Source: a virus. From it: a stretch of DNA of 64,000 bases. The translations under genes and the position numbers were made by a program. Positions 42,030 to 51,783 of this stretch are shown here, piece after piece. The DNA lies in the IMG/VR virus record IMGVR_UViG_3300045988_078625; one strand, given 5' to 3'. Under the pieces are notes generated by a model. The model worked only from the letters and a program-made list of their open reading frames with translations. It had not been told where the DNA came from and did not search any database. Numbering within the stretch: the first letter of the stretch is position 1; every line of letters starts with the position of its first letter.

Positions 42030-42543
42030 GGGCCTACTTGGATTTGACAGGCGATTACGAATTATAAGGACGTGTAGAGCGCAATCTCTCTAAACGAAGG
42101 AAAACAATAATTGCTACTTATAGCGAAGTAAGAATGGCAGCTTAAGCTGTGGCTTATTAATATTAACGTATTAGTATAGTCGGGTTAACGGAGAAGACCT
42201 AGAAACAGAAGAGGTGTGGGAAGAAGCATATAGGGCAGCCCACTTAACTTGAACGCCAAAGGTTAGTAAAGCTGAAATTCTCCATTGCCTATCTATAGGT
42301 TACAAATAGACGTTCTCCAACGTAAATGGAGGGGTAGAGAAGAGACCCCTGGTCCTCTAAGTTTGATAGTTTGTTGTATAGTTAAGCGGAAAGGTGCTAG
42401 ATGAGTCCGCTTGCAAAGAATCTAGCTCTTCTATGAAAACTATCTAAATGCTAGAACTCACTAGCTGATGTAATAAAAATGAGACGCACGTTATCCTTAT
42501 AACAAGGGTTGTTTGGACACGGGTTCGACTCCCGTTAGGTCCA
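42030..42543 (+). ncRNA. ssrA: tmRNA-like (ssrA-like) RNA
   Basis: The 5' end GGGCCUA-CUUGGAUUUGACAGG parallels the E. coli tmRNA 5' end GGGGCUG-AUUCUGGAUUCGACGGG. The 3' end GGACACGGGTTCGACTCCCGT-TAGGTCC-A parallels GGACGCGGGUUCAACUCCCGCCAGCUCC-A. The two acceptor strands pair over 7 bp. A tag-like reading frame GCT ACT TAT AGC GAA GTA AGA ATG GCA GCT TAA (ATYSEVRMAA) starts about 84 nt from the 5' end. Confidence 0.6.
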
Positions 42544-42628
42544 CTACTATCGCCCAAAGGACGATAAGTATGGCGAGAGACTTGTTCTTCTAATCGCAAT
42601 GCCTGAAGTTGCGCACTCTACTTGCGGA

Positions 42629-42702
42629 GTAGAGTTACAGGGCTATAGCTCAACTGGTTAGAGCACCACACTGATAATGTGGAGGTTATCAGTTCAAGTC
42701 TG
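42629..42702 (+). tRNA. tRNA-Ile(GAT)
   Basis: Anticodon arm CCACA-CTGATAA-TGTGG. Confidence 0.7.
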
Positions 42703-42730
42703 ATTAGCCCTACTAATTAAACTAAGTAAT

Positions 42731-42928
42731 ATGATTAAAATTTTGAGAAAAGAAGGATGGACATTAAATCCTAATGATAAAGTTGTTAATTCGATACTCA
42801 GTAGATGTGAGAAGAATAAGGGAGAATGCCCATGTCACAACAACAGCGAGGATAAACATTGTCCTTGTTCTGATTATAGAAATAATGATATGTGTCATTG
42901 CGGACTATACCTGAAAATAAATAAATAA
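42731..42928 (+). CDS. Cys/His-rich small protein
   Basis: ORF in the track. Confidence 0.4.
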   Translation: MIKILRKEGWTLNPNDKVVNSILSRCEKNKGECPCHNNSEDKHCPCSDYRNNDMCHCGLYLKINK

Positions 42929-43167
42929 TAAGAAGGATGTAGGCTTGGAAGTAGCCATCATTTAAAGAGTTGCGAGTAGGTTGTCCAGTATGGACGTAAT
43001 TAGGGCAGAAATCCTTGCTGATAGACCCGAATCAAGAATGCAATAATGTCGTTAGGATACTCATGTTGAAACTGCCTATATAGAATGAGGAAAGTAAGCG
43101 AGATAAGGGAGATCACCAGCTAGAGCATTTGGTGTAACAACACACTTCTTATTTTAATTTCGAAACT

Positions 43168-43371
43168 ATGAGCTATGGAAAGAAATGGAAAATGACCAGA
43201 AAACAAATAGGTAGAAATCCGCACAGTAGAAGATGGACATATCGTGTTTGTGGAGGTCGTAAAGGAAAATGTAGATTTCAATTCTTTAGGCACAAGAAAT
43301 GGTTCAAAAAGCTAGAAGGGAAAATATCTATGAGATTTGCCATGAGTAGAGAAATATGGTATTGGGATTAA
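43168..43371 (+). CDS. Basic small protein
   Basis: ORF in the track. Confidence 0.4.
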   Translation: MSYGKKWKMTRKQIGRNPHSRRWTYRVCGGRKGKCRFQFFRHKKWFKKLEGKISMRFAMSREIWYWD

Positions 43372-43442
43372 CCGCCAGCTCACGCGGTATATAAGAAAGG
43401 ATTGCCGGACCCGTAGGTGTAACGAGATAAATACCTACATTT

Positions 43443-43515
43443 CGAGGCTGTGGTGTAATGGTTTGCATATCACACTGTCACTGTGAAGGTTGGGGTTCGA
43501 ATCCCCCAGTCTCGG
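43443..43515 (+). tRNA. tRNA-Asp(GTC)
   Basis: Anticodon arm TCACA-CTGTCAC-TGTGA with G73 as the discriminator. The exact register of the acceptor stem is ambiguous by 1 nt. Confidence 0.55.
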
Positions 43516-43521
43516 CTATAT

Positions 43522-43595
43522 TCCGGATTAGCTCAATTGGCTAGAGCACGTGATTTGTAATCTCGAGGTTGTGGGTTCGATCCCCACATCCGGAT
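43522..43595 (+). tRNA. tRNA-Thr(TGT)
   Basis: Anticodon loop TTTGTAA, acceptor stem TCCGGAT/ATCCGGA, T-arm GTGGG-TTCGATC-CCCAC. Confidence 0.6.
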
Positions 43596-43623
43596 CTTTA
43601 ACTATTAATTAGATTAATTATTT

Positions 43624-44298
43624 ATGACTAGATTAGAAAAGTATTTATTAGCAACAGCTTCTGAAATAATTGAAGCTGAAACTACAGTTTCTCGCTATTT
43701 TGTTATAGGTAATGTTAAGGTAAGAGTCTCTGACCATTGGAGTAAAATGACTGACGCAGACCTACAGGTTATTATTCCTTATAATGGAGGAACTAAATAT
43801 GTTGTGACTATCAAAGATAGTCCTGGAAAGTTTCTCGTTTGGAATGCAAATCAGATTAAAGATTTTATTCCATCGTTGCAGCTTATAAAAGGAATGAAGA
43901 CCTCTGTGCAGATGGGTCCAAAACCTAAGGATTCTGCTGTACAGAAGATACAACAAGCACTAAACAACAATGCTCCTGCTGAAGGTTGTTTAACTTTCAG
44001 TGGAACTCTTGTTGAGAGTACTCTTAAAGACAAATATCTATCTGCAAAACAGAGAGAAGTTCTTAGAAAACCTAAGTCAACTTGGGACGCATCTCAAGTA
44101 GGATGTCTACCAGAAATGGTGAGAATAGATCTAAAACTTAAGTCTTCCGGTTCTATAAATGAAGACATGCAGATTTTCCTTACATGCACTTCTTTGACTT
44201 ATGTAGAGTTCTTGAATATTTATAAAATAGTAGTTGTAGACAATAATAAAGTCCCAACTATTAAGTTATTGCAAGAGGCTAATAGTCTTATTGCGTAA
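43624..44298 (+). CDS. Hypothetical protein
   Basis: ORF in the track. Confidence 0.5.
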   Translation: MTRLEKYLLATASEIIEAETTVSRYFVIGNVKVRVSDHWSKMTDADLQVIIPYNGGTKYVVTIKDSPGKFLVWNANQIKDFIPSLQLIKGMKTSVQMGPKPKDSAVQKIQQALNNNAPAEGCLTFSGTLVESTLKDKYLSAKQREVLRKPKSTWDASQVGCLPEMVRIDLKLKSSGSINEDMQIFLTCTSLTYVEFLNIYKIVVVDNNKVPTIKLLQEANSLIA

Positions 44299-44305
44299 CC
44301 AGGAT

Positions 44306-44377
44306 AGCGCCATCATCTAAGGGTTAGGATACAAGATTTTCATTCTTGGCATACGGGTTCGAATCCCGTTGGCGTTA
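44306..44377 (+). tRNA. tRNA-Glu(TTC)
   Basis: Anticodon arm CAAGA-TTTTCAT-TCTTG. Confidence 0.6.
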
Positions 44378-44382
44378 CTATG

Positions 44383-44420
44383 TACCCCAGCAGCGAAAGT
44401 TGTTGGGGTATTTTTTGTTT
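44383..44420 (+). terminator. Intrinsic terminator
   Basis: Hairpin TACCCCA...TGGGGTA followed by TTTTTT. Confidence 0.5.
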
Positions 44421-44435
44421 AATAAATTAGAATTA

Positions 44436-44753
44436 ATGAAAAAGACATTTGAATTTGTAAAAATTGGAGGAACCTGGTTCTATTGGTGGCCAGATTTCTG
44501 TGGAGACCCAGGAGAGCTAGCTATGGTCAATGGGGCTGACAGTTTTCTTGATTCTATAGATAATAAGTTTGTTAGACTACAAATGGTGGACCCGTCTGTA
44601 GCTAAGATAACCTTATCTAAGATAGAAGAAGACGAGAGTGGAGCTACTTACTTATGTAAGAGCAGGCGCTATAATGATAGAGTTTGGATTTGTCCGGTGA
44701 CTCTGGAAGTATTTGGAGAATATCCTCAGAATATTTATTTAAAAGAATTATAA
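44436..44753 (+). CDS. Hypothetical protein
   Basis: ORF 44346..44753 with the start trimmed to MKKTFEF downstream of the tRNA and its terminator. Confidence 0.4.
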   Translation: MKKTFEFVKIGGTWFYWWPDFCGDPGELAMVNGADSFLDSIDNKFVRLQMVDPSVAKITLSKIEEDESGATYLCKSRRYNDRVWICPVTLEVFGEYPQNIYLKEL

Positions 44754-45175
44754 TGAAAACATTAAACGAGATTTTAGACAATTACAAGGATTATGAGATA
44801 TTCCTTGATGATCGCTTTGGCGTCAGATTGTCCCAGTTCTTAACTAAGGAACAATTAGAAAAGATAGGTTTCAAATGGGACAGTGAAGAACCTTATCCGG
44901 AGCCTAAAGAATGGACTAGAGAAAATATCCTAGCTCAACTTAGAAAAGATGTAGAATTTGGATTTGAAAAAGCTCTAGACCAAAGAGGAATATCAGCTAG
45001 CTTGATGTTCTATGTGGTTTTACGCTGGAACCAAGTTCTAGAAGAAGGACTAGAAGACTATTCCGAGGATAATTATCCTATGTACGGGCTTCCTCTATTT
45101 AAGGCTACCGCCGAAAAGTATGGTTGGGAAAATCCTATCGGAGACGATAATGGTGACGAAAGTCATTACAACTAA
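44753..45175 (+). CDS. Hypothetical protein
   Basis: ORF 44684..45175 with the start trimmed to MKTLNEIL. Confidence 0.4.
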   Translation: MKTLNEILDNYKDYEIFLDDRFGVRLSQFLTKEQLEKIGFKWDSEEPYPEPKEWTRENILAQLRKDVEFGFEKALDQRGISASLMFYVVLRWNQVLEEGLEDYSEDNYPMYGLPLFKATAEKYGWENPIGDDNGDESHYN

Positions 45176-45182
45176 GAATACG

Positions 45183-45371
45183 ATGAAGGATTGTGCCATA
45201 GTTAATGTCATTGTAGATGCTTTAGAGGAATACGAAAATAATCTTAGTCATAAGATAAGTATTCTAGAAAGTCGGCTTCATTTTATGGAAAAAGAAAGAG
45301 AAGCTATCATAAGGCATCTAGAGGAAGGAAATATTGATTTACTAAAAGAGTACTTTAAAATTGGAAAATGA
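45183..45371 (+). CDS. Hypothetical small protein
   Basis: Trimmed version of ORF 45120..45371. Confidence 0.3.
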   Translation: MKDCAIVNVIVDALEEYENNLSHKISILESRLHFMEKEREAIIRHLEEGNIDLLKEYFKIGK

Positions 45372-45658
45372 AGGAGTTCTATTTAATTAAGTTCCGGAAT
45401 GGCATCCCGTTTATTCTAGGTCAGTATGATACGGAAGAAGAAGCTGTTGAAGCGAAGTGTCGTGAAGGCGTGGATTCTAAACTAATGATAGCTGTTGATC
45501 TGGATAAACTAAAAAGTATAGAAGCTGACAGAGACTATTACCAAAATATGTGTAATGAGATTTCTAAGAAAGTCAGTATGATAGTATCCTTGTATAAGAC
45601 CGTCTCCACTATAGAATCTGTAATTAAGAATTATGGTTATCACCACCGCATACGATAA
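45368..45658 (+). CDS. Hypothetical protein
   Basis: ORF in the track. Confidence 0.4.
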   Translation: MKEFYLIKFRNGIPFILGQYDTEEEAVEAKCREGVDSKLMIAVDLDKLKSIEADRDYYQNMCNEISKKVSMIVSLYKTVSTIESVIKNYGYHHRIR

Positions 45659-45935
45659 GGATATACTAGGGCATGAGGTAAGAGGTACTAATACTTCTTA
45701 CTATGGTATCTCCGCACTACAAGCTGTTATTGACCACGACGAGATTCGTGCGGATATAGCTAAATATTTATATAAAGACTGCACAACGCACGAGGGACAT
45801 GAAGGAATAATTATAGGATTTGAGGACAATAACCAGTTCTTTGATTATTACTACATTGTTTACATCCCTGAGCTCAACAAGGTTGAGTATCAGCTCTGCA
45901 ATGATGCAGAATTTACAAAATCTATCAAGATATGA
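45633..45935 (+). CDS. Hypothetical protein
   Basis: ORF in the track. Confidence 0.4.
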   Translation: MVITTAYDKDILGHEVRGTNTSYYGISALQAVIDHDEIRADIAKYLYKDCTTHEGHEGIIIGFEDNNQFFDYYYIVYIPELNKVEYQLCNDAEFTKSIKI

Positions 45936-46426
45936 AAAGGAAAGTTTTATTCATCTTGCTAATCAGTATAGTATTTGGTTTTGCAACGGGATACTCGTTG
46001 CATCACCTTATCCACTTTAATGAGAAGCAAGATGAAATGGTAATGCTGCCAGAGCATCCATTTTATTTGTTGGAAGAAGTAAATGAAGAGGTACTTTATA
46101 ATACCTTAGTACATTACGATTTTCCAAGTCCAGCTATTATAACAGCCCAGGCTGTTCTGGAATCTGGCAATTTTAAATCAAAGCTATGTAAAGATAAGAA
46201 TAATCTGTTCGGACTTTATAACTCTAGAACAATGTCTTACTTTAGCTTCGATAGTTGGATAAGCTGTGTATTCGCTTATAAGAAGTTCATCCTCAACAAG
46301 TATAATCCAGAAGAGAATTATTATGTATTCTTGGATAGAATAGGGTATGCGGAGGATTCTCTTTATGAGAGTAAGGTTAAGAAATTAGAACTTGAAATTT
46401 CCAATAAGTATGGAAACTCAGAATAG
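45932..46426 (+). CDS. Peptidoglycan hydrolase of the FlgJ-like N-acetylglucosaminidase (mannosyl-glycoprotein endo-beta-N-acetylglucosaminidase) type, and so a candidate endolysin; ends with TAG
   Basis: Has an N-terminal membrane anchor and the motifs AQAVLESGNFKS and NNLFGL. Confidence 0.55.
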   Translation: MKRKVLFILLISIVFGFATGYSLHHLIHFNEKQDEMVMLPEHPFYLLEEVNEEVLYNTLVHYDFPSPAIITAQAVLESGNFKSKLCKDKNNLFGLYNSRTMSYFSFDSWISCVFAYKKFILNKYNPEENYYVFLDRIGYAEDSLYESKVKKLELEISNKYGNSE

Positions 46427-46628
46427 AGAAGTTATTAAGCTTAGAAAGAAAGCTAATTTCAAAATCTTAACCAGACTTGGACAAATTATTGACCAGTATC
46501 CTTACCTAAGGTTTCAGCAGATTCTTGCTATTTACAAGATTAGTGAACCTTATGAGGATAAGTTTTATGAAGAAAGTGTAGAAACATTACAAAAATTGGA
46601 ACATGAACTGGAAAACAGAGGGAATTAA
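46410..46628 (+). CDS. Hypothetical small protein
   Basis: Trimmed version of ORF 46392..46628. Confidence 0.35.
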   Translation: METQNREVIKLRKKANFKILTRLGQIIDQYPYLRFQQILAIYKISEPYEDKFYEESVETLQKLEHELENRGN

Positions 46629-46754
46629 ACTAGGAGCAGTAGCTGCTATGGCAGTAGTTTTATTTGGGATTAGAGCGATATTCGATTTTGAAACTGCTGC
46701 CCTAAGTGGGATAGGCGTGATTTTAGTTAATCAAATATTTAATAAAGATCAAAA

Positions 46755-48761
46755 ATGAATTTTCAAGATTTTAAGAAAGATGTAGAGGCTGCTTTCAAAA
46801 ATATGATTGCAGACACTCTTTTCGTAGCTAATGTAGACAAGGATCTGCTGTGGACTGGATACTTGCTATCGTTTGAGGATGACGATATTAGGCAAGATCA
46901 TAACTGTAATGCTTGCAAGTCATTTATTAGGCACTACGGTAAGGTAGTAGCTATTGATCCCAGAACCTTCGAAATTAAGACGTTTTGGGATGACGTTCAT
47001 ACTCCTGGGTATGAGAAAACTGCTAAGGAATTAGCTAAACTGGTTAAGGAAGCTGGAATAGCTGACATCTTTATACAGGATGTAAACGAGTTCCATGGAT
47101 GTGACCATAATATTCAACTTCTTCCAGATGGAACTACTAGAACTTGGACACATCTGTTTGTTCAAATTCCTAACCAATTCAAATTCAATAAGAGGGTTCA
47201 CAATTTTGATACCGCTCCTGGATATCGCGGCGATGTTCGTGCGAGAAAGGAAGTTCTTCAACGTTCAATCTCGGAATTAACTGATGATTCAGTTAATACT
47301 ATAATAGAACTAATTGAAGATAATTCTCTCTATCGTGGACAAGAGTTCCTGAAGGGACTGCAGGAATTTAGGAGAATAAAGAAGTCTGCCCCTAGGAAGA
47401 ATCTTTCGAATTTCTGTTGGATGAATTTCAGATCTCCTATAGCTAAGATTAGAAATACGGCTATGGGAACATTGCTTATTGACCTAAGCAATGGAGTAGA
47501 ACTGGAAAGGGCTGTAAGAGCATATGAGAATATCATGGCTCCTGCTAACTACAAGAGACCTACTGCTCTTATTACCAAGAAGCAAATAGAAGCCGCTCAA
47601 AAGAAAGTTGAGGAACTTGGACTAACTGATGCTCTTCCTAGACGTCATGCACATGTAGAAGATATTTCTGTAAACGATGTATTATTCGTAAATAGAGATA
47701 CTCGTGCTAGAATGAAAGGCGGAATGTTTGACGCTCTTACGGAAACTGCTATGGTAAATCCGAAGGAATTTACTAAAGCTACTGAAGTATCTGCTCAGAA
47801 GTTTGTAACTGATATATTGCCAGGAGCAAAGGATGTCTCTATCTTGGTAGAGAATAGGCACATTCCTAACTTTGTTACTCTGACTGCTCCTGAGAATCCA
47901 GACGCTAATCAGTTATTTAAGTGGAACAATAACTTTGCTTGGGTTTACAACGGTTCTGTAGCTGATTCATTCAAAGAAAAGGTTAAAGCAGCGGGAGGTA
48001 ATGTCAATGGATTCCTAAGATGTTCTCTGCACTGGTTTAACTACGACGATTTGGATCTTCATGTAACTGAGCCCGGTGGTAGTGAAATTTATTTTGGACA
48101 TAAGAACGGGTACAGTGGTGGCGTTCTAGACGTAGACATGAATGCTGGAAGTGGTAAAACTAGAGATGCTGTTGAGAATATTATCTGGACAGACCCATCT
48201 AGAATAAGAACTGGGAGCTATAGGGTACGTGTTCATAACTTCGCTAGAAGAGAAAGTATAGACGTAGGCTTCGAGATGGAAATTGAAATCAACGGAGAGA
48301 TCCATAAGTTTAATTATAGCAAGATGATTCCGCACGGTGACTACGTTGATGTTGCTCGTATTGAAGTAGACAGACAAGGCAACATTAGCCTAACTCCTTC
48401 TATTCCAGAAGGGACTACATCTTTCAAATCGGTAAACGAGTGGGGAATAGATACTATGAAATTCCAAAAGGTTTCTTGTATAATGTTCTCTCCTAATCAC
48501 TGGGAAGGAAACTCCGTAGGTAATAAGCACCTATTCTTTATGGTTGATGGATGTAAGAATCCTGAGCCGGTTCGAGGGTTCTTTAATGAGTACTTGAGAG
48601 CAGACCTTGAGAAAGACCATAAGAGAGTATTTGAAGCTCTGGGAGCTAGGGCTAAAACTGAATATAGTGACGAGCAGTTAAGTGGACTTGGGTTCTCTTC
48701 AACATCTCGTAACGACGTTATTGTAAAAGTAGATAATAAATCATTTAAAATCATTTTCTAA
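46755..48761 (+). CDS. Large hypothetical protein of 668 aa
   Basis: ORF in the track. I did not recognise any motif in it. Confidence 0.55.
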   Translation: MNFQDFKKDVEAAFKNMIADTLFVANVDKDLLWTGYLLSFEDDDIRQDHNCNACKSFIRHYGKVVAIDPRTFEIKTFWDDVHTPGYEKTAKELAKLVKEAGIADIFIQDVNEFHGCDHNIQLLPDGTTRTWTHLFVQIPNQFKFNKRVHNFDTAPGYRGDVRARKEVLQRSISELTDDSVNTIIELIEDNSLYRGQEFLKGLQEFRRIKKSAPRKNLSNFCWMNFRSPIAKIRNTAMGTLLIDLSNGVELERAVRAYENIMAPANYKRPTALITKKQIEAAQKKVEELGLTDALPRRHAHVEDISVNDVLFVNRDTRARMKGGMFDALTETAMVNPKEFTKATEVSAQKFVTDILPGAKDVSILVENRHIPNFVTLTAPENPDANQLFKWNNNFAWVYNGSVADSFKEKVKAAGGNVNGFLRCSLHWFNYDDLDLHVTEPGGSEIYFGHKNGYSGGVLDVDMNAGSGKTRDAVENIIWTDPSRIRTGSYRVRVHNFARRESIDVGFEMEIEINGEIHKFNYSKMIPHGDYVDVARIEVDRQGNISLTPSIPEGTTSFKSVNEWGIDTMKFQKVSCIMFSPNHWEGNSVGNKHLFFMVDGCKNPEPVRGFFNEYLRADLEKDHKRVFEALGARAKTEYSDEQLSGLGFSSTSRNDVIVKVDNKSFKIIF

Positions 48762-48763
48762 CT

Positions 48764-49138
48764 ATGTTTAAACAAGCATCAAGAATGAAGTTGCGCTTTG
48801 CAACTAGTAAAGGTAATCTGAGTGTTGAAGATTTGTGGGACTTGAGCCTGCCAGTGTTGGATAAATTAGCTGTCTCCTATGACGAAGAACTAGCTAAGAG
48901 TCCTAGAAAATCTTTTATTAGTAATGATTCACCTAAGAATGATGAACTTGAATTAAAGTTCAATATTGTGAAAGACATCATTACTGACAAGTTGAAAGAA
49001 AAGGCAGACAGAGACCAGGCTAAGCAAAAGGCTGCTGAGAAGGCTAAATTGCTGGATCTGTTAGATAAGAAGCAATCTGAGAAGTTGGAGAACTTGTCAG
49101 AGGAGGAACTGAGACAGCGCCTCGCTGAATTGGGATGA
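48764..49138 (+). CDS. Coiled-coil protein
   Basis: ORF in the track. Confidence 0.45.
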   Translation: MFKQASRMKLRFATSKGNLSVEDLWDLSLPVLDKLAVSYDEELAKSPRKSFISNDSPKNDELELKFNIVKDIITDKLKEKADRDQAKQKAAEKAKLLDLLDKKQSEKLENLSEEELRQRLAELG

Positions 49139-49533
49139 AACGGATTCTTATCGTAATTATGTTTGGGCTGTTCTGTGTAGGAGCAGTCCAAGCTCAAACC
49201 CAATGGTTTAAGGCTACTGAGTTTGCTGTAAGAGTAGTTGATAATGGACGTTGGACAAAATGGTCTGATTGGGAATCAGTTGATATAAATATAAAATTTG
49301 ACCTATCCAATGACCTAATTATAATTTACAGCCAAGAAACTCAAATATACAAAGTTTTAGAGCAAGTCAAGTCTCCCTATGATTCTAATGGAACTCAGGT
49401 GAAGTTTAGAGTCCTAGACCAGGACTATGATAAAGGATTTCTAAGACTTAGAGTTGAGAATAATGGAAATTCCCAAATCTATGTAGATTATGCCGATATA
49501 TCTTGGGTTTATAATGTGGTTCGAACTAGATAA
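49135..49533 (+). CDS. Secreted protein
   Basis: Signal peptide MKRILIVIMFGLFCVGAVQA. Confidence 0.45.
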   Translation: MKRILIVIMFGLFCVGAVQAQTQWFKATEFAVRVVDNGRWTKWSDWESVDINIKFDLSNDLIIIYSQETQIYKVLEQVKSPYDSNGTQVKFRVLDQDYDKGFLRLRVENNGNSQIYVDYADISWVYNVVRTR

Positions 49534-49645
49534 ACATTTCTTAACGGATTTTAACTTTGAATTTAACAATTTAGAGACTAATCTAGTAAGAAATAAATAA
49601 TTAGGATTATTCTCGACAGTGGTTCGTGAGAATAGCTGTCATTAT

Positions 49646-49731
49646 GCCCGAATGGCGAAATTGGTAGACGCGTCAGATTTAAGCTCTGATGGTCCGAAAG
49701 GGCCGTGTGGGTTCGAGTCCCACTTCGGGTA
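49646..49731 (+). tRNA. tRNA-Leu(TAA) with a long variable arm
   Basis: Anticodon arm TCAGA-TTTAAGC-TCTGA. Confidence 0.65.
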
Positions 49732-49908
49732 CTAAATATTTTTAGTCATGGAAAGATATATACAGGAACTTGAAGAGATATACAATAGTAATACTCTTAA
49801 ATCAAAAGAAGAGCTAGAAAGTTTGAAAAAACTTATTAGAAATGCTCATAAGTCTGGCTTTATAGCTGGAGAACAGTCTATAGTAAACGTAATTGATAAA
49901 TTAACAAA

Positions 49909-50823
49909 ATGAAAGAAAGTGTATTTTTTGGAAACGAAGGGTTAACTTCCACATCTGCTAACTATTATGCTAATATTGCGCAGGAAATGATTCAGGCTGC
50001 CACAGAGCGTCTAAATGGTGTGAAGTTTTACCAAGTATCTGTAGCCTCTATTGGAGGTGGAGAAAAACAGCTAATGACTGTAGGGCAAACTTCCATAGGC
50101 TTCATTAAGAACGATTTGGAAAAATGTGCTGAAATGAATAGTTTCTGTGCTTGGGTACGAGAAGCTATCAAAAAGAAAGAGGAGATGATTTCTTATCTTG
50201 CCGCTACTTCTATTGAGAAATGGGCTAAGGAAAACGGCATAGAAATCCCCGAACAACCTGAGTATCCGGAATCTCTGCGGAGAGCAGAAGAGAAGGAAGT
50301 TATAGATTCTTGGGACGGCAATAAGCGAAACAAGTATCTAAGACTTGAAGCGTTTGCTTCTACTTATGGTAAATATATCCATCCTAAAGGGGCTTTCAGT
50401 AAGGCTAGAAAGGATGTCCATGCCGCTGAGAATTGTCCTATCTATAAGGAAGGATCTGGTAGAGATTTAATTCTCTATTACCAAGACCCTACTATTAGTG
50501 TAAGTAAGGTAGATGATATGTTTATGTCTCTCCAAGACATATACCGTTCCTACGAGAAAGAATTAAACGCTCTTAAAGCTGAACTTAAAGAGACTGTGAA
50601 TAAGATTGATATGACTAGAGAAGAGGAATATCAGGAAAGACTTGCAGAATTTAAGGCTGATTATGAGAGATATAATTCTAAGATACAAGAATTAAGAAGC
50701 CGCTTTAATAATTGGAAGACCTCCGAAAAGGAGCGGATTTCACAGTTAAAAATTACCTTGCCAAAGAATCTCCTAGGAATCTTCGAAGAGATTAAGAAAC
50801 AAGGCGATCCTTCTTCTAAGTAA
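49909..50823 (+). CDS. Hypothetical protein
   Basis: ORF in the track. Confidence 0.5.
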   Translation: MKESVFFGNEGLTSTSANYYANIAQEMIQAATERLNGVKFYQVSVASIGGGEKQLMTVGQTSIGFIKNDLEKCAEMNSFCAWVREAIKKKEEMISYLAATSIEKWAKENGIEIPEQPEYPESLRRAEEKEVIDSWDGNKRNKYLRLEAFASTYGKYIHPKGAFSKARKDVHAAENCPIYKEGSGRDLILYYQDPTISVSKVDDMFMSLQDIYRSYEKELNALKAELKETVNKIDMTREEEYQERLAEFKADYERYNSKIQELRSRFNNWKTSEKERISQLKITLPKNLLGIFEEIKKQGDPSSK

Positions 50824-51215
50824 TTTAGAAGATTTTCTGTAGGAAGCTAACAATTTATACTTAACAGGAATATAAATAATTGCTATTAGAAATCACTGGA
50901 TTTCTGACAACTCATTCGCTGACTGTGCAAAATTAAAAAAAAATTACTCTTATAATATATAAGAGTCTTTGCCTTAGTCTTTGTTAGTACGGTCAGGTCT
51001 TAGACTTTGCTTTTATCTTTGCCTGCGCGTTAGCTTCCTACTAAAATAGCTCGCCAACCACGTTGTTGGAGGAGTTACGAAGTCCTTAACGGGATTTCAG
51101 CTTTGCTTCAGTTACAAGTAATCTTTAAACTTGGTGACTATTATCCCAAATTCTCAACAAGATGAAAAGGGAGGTTGGCCAACCTAATAACGGTACAAGC
51201 TCTTCGGAGTATTGG

Positions 51216-51268
51216 GAGTGGGGAAAATATCTGGTGAAGCACAGATATTGGAACCACTCTTTTTTTTG
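51216..51268 (+). terminator. Compound intrinsic terminator
   Basis: Nested stems GAGTGG...CCACTC and AATATCTG...CAGATATT, followed by a run of eight T. Confidence 0.5.
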
Positions 51269-51297
51269 ATAGATAAGTTATTAATTTTAAAAACTAA

Positions 51298-51465
51298 TGG
51301 AAATGAAGAAAGTACTATTGCTTTTCGGAATGATTGCATTGATGTCTGCTTGTGCAGGAAACACTAAGACCTCAGAGAATGACTCTATTGTAGTCATTGA
51401 GGAAGTTGCGGACACATTAAGTGTAGATACTGTAGGCGTTGATAGCCTCGTAATCAATCAGTAAT
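51298..51465 (+). CDS. Small lipoprotein of 55 aa
   Basis: Start MEMKKVLLLFGMIALMSAC carries a lipobox. The protein is under 60 aa and so is missing from the ORF track. Confidence 0.4.
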
Positions 51466-51783
51466 ATGGATTTCATCGCAACCAGAGTCAATGAACTCTT
51501 AAGTAGGATTTCGCCTATTAAGCGATGGCTTATTTCTGATGTTGCGAATGAATATTATCGTAAAGGTTATGAAGATGGTCAGAAGTTAGTCTACAGAAAT
51601 GTTTTAAAGGGAAACGCTTTGAAAGACTTCATAGATGTCTTAAGTCATTGCGGAATTAAACTAAGTTATAATTTGCGGAAGGGAGGGTTAATTGTCAGTG
51701 TAAAACCTGACAGACTCTCAAATCTGCAACGTCTTATTGAATGTTACAAAAATGAAAGTGAAGAGAACAAACAACTACAGTGA
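51466..51783 (+). CDS. Hypothetical protein
   Basis: ORF in the track. Confidence 0.45.
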   Translation: MDFIATRVNELLSRISPIKRWLISDVANEYYRKGYEDGQKLVYRNVLKGNALKDFIDVLSHCGIKLSYNLRKGGLIVSVKPDRLSNLQRLIECYKNESEENKQLQ

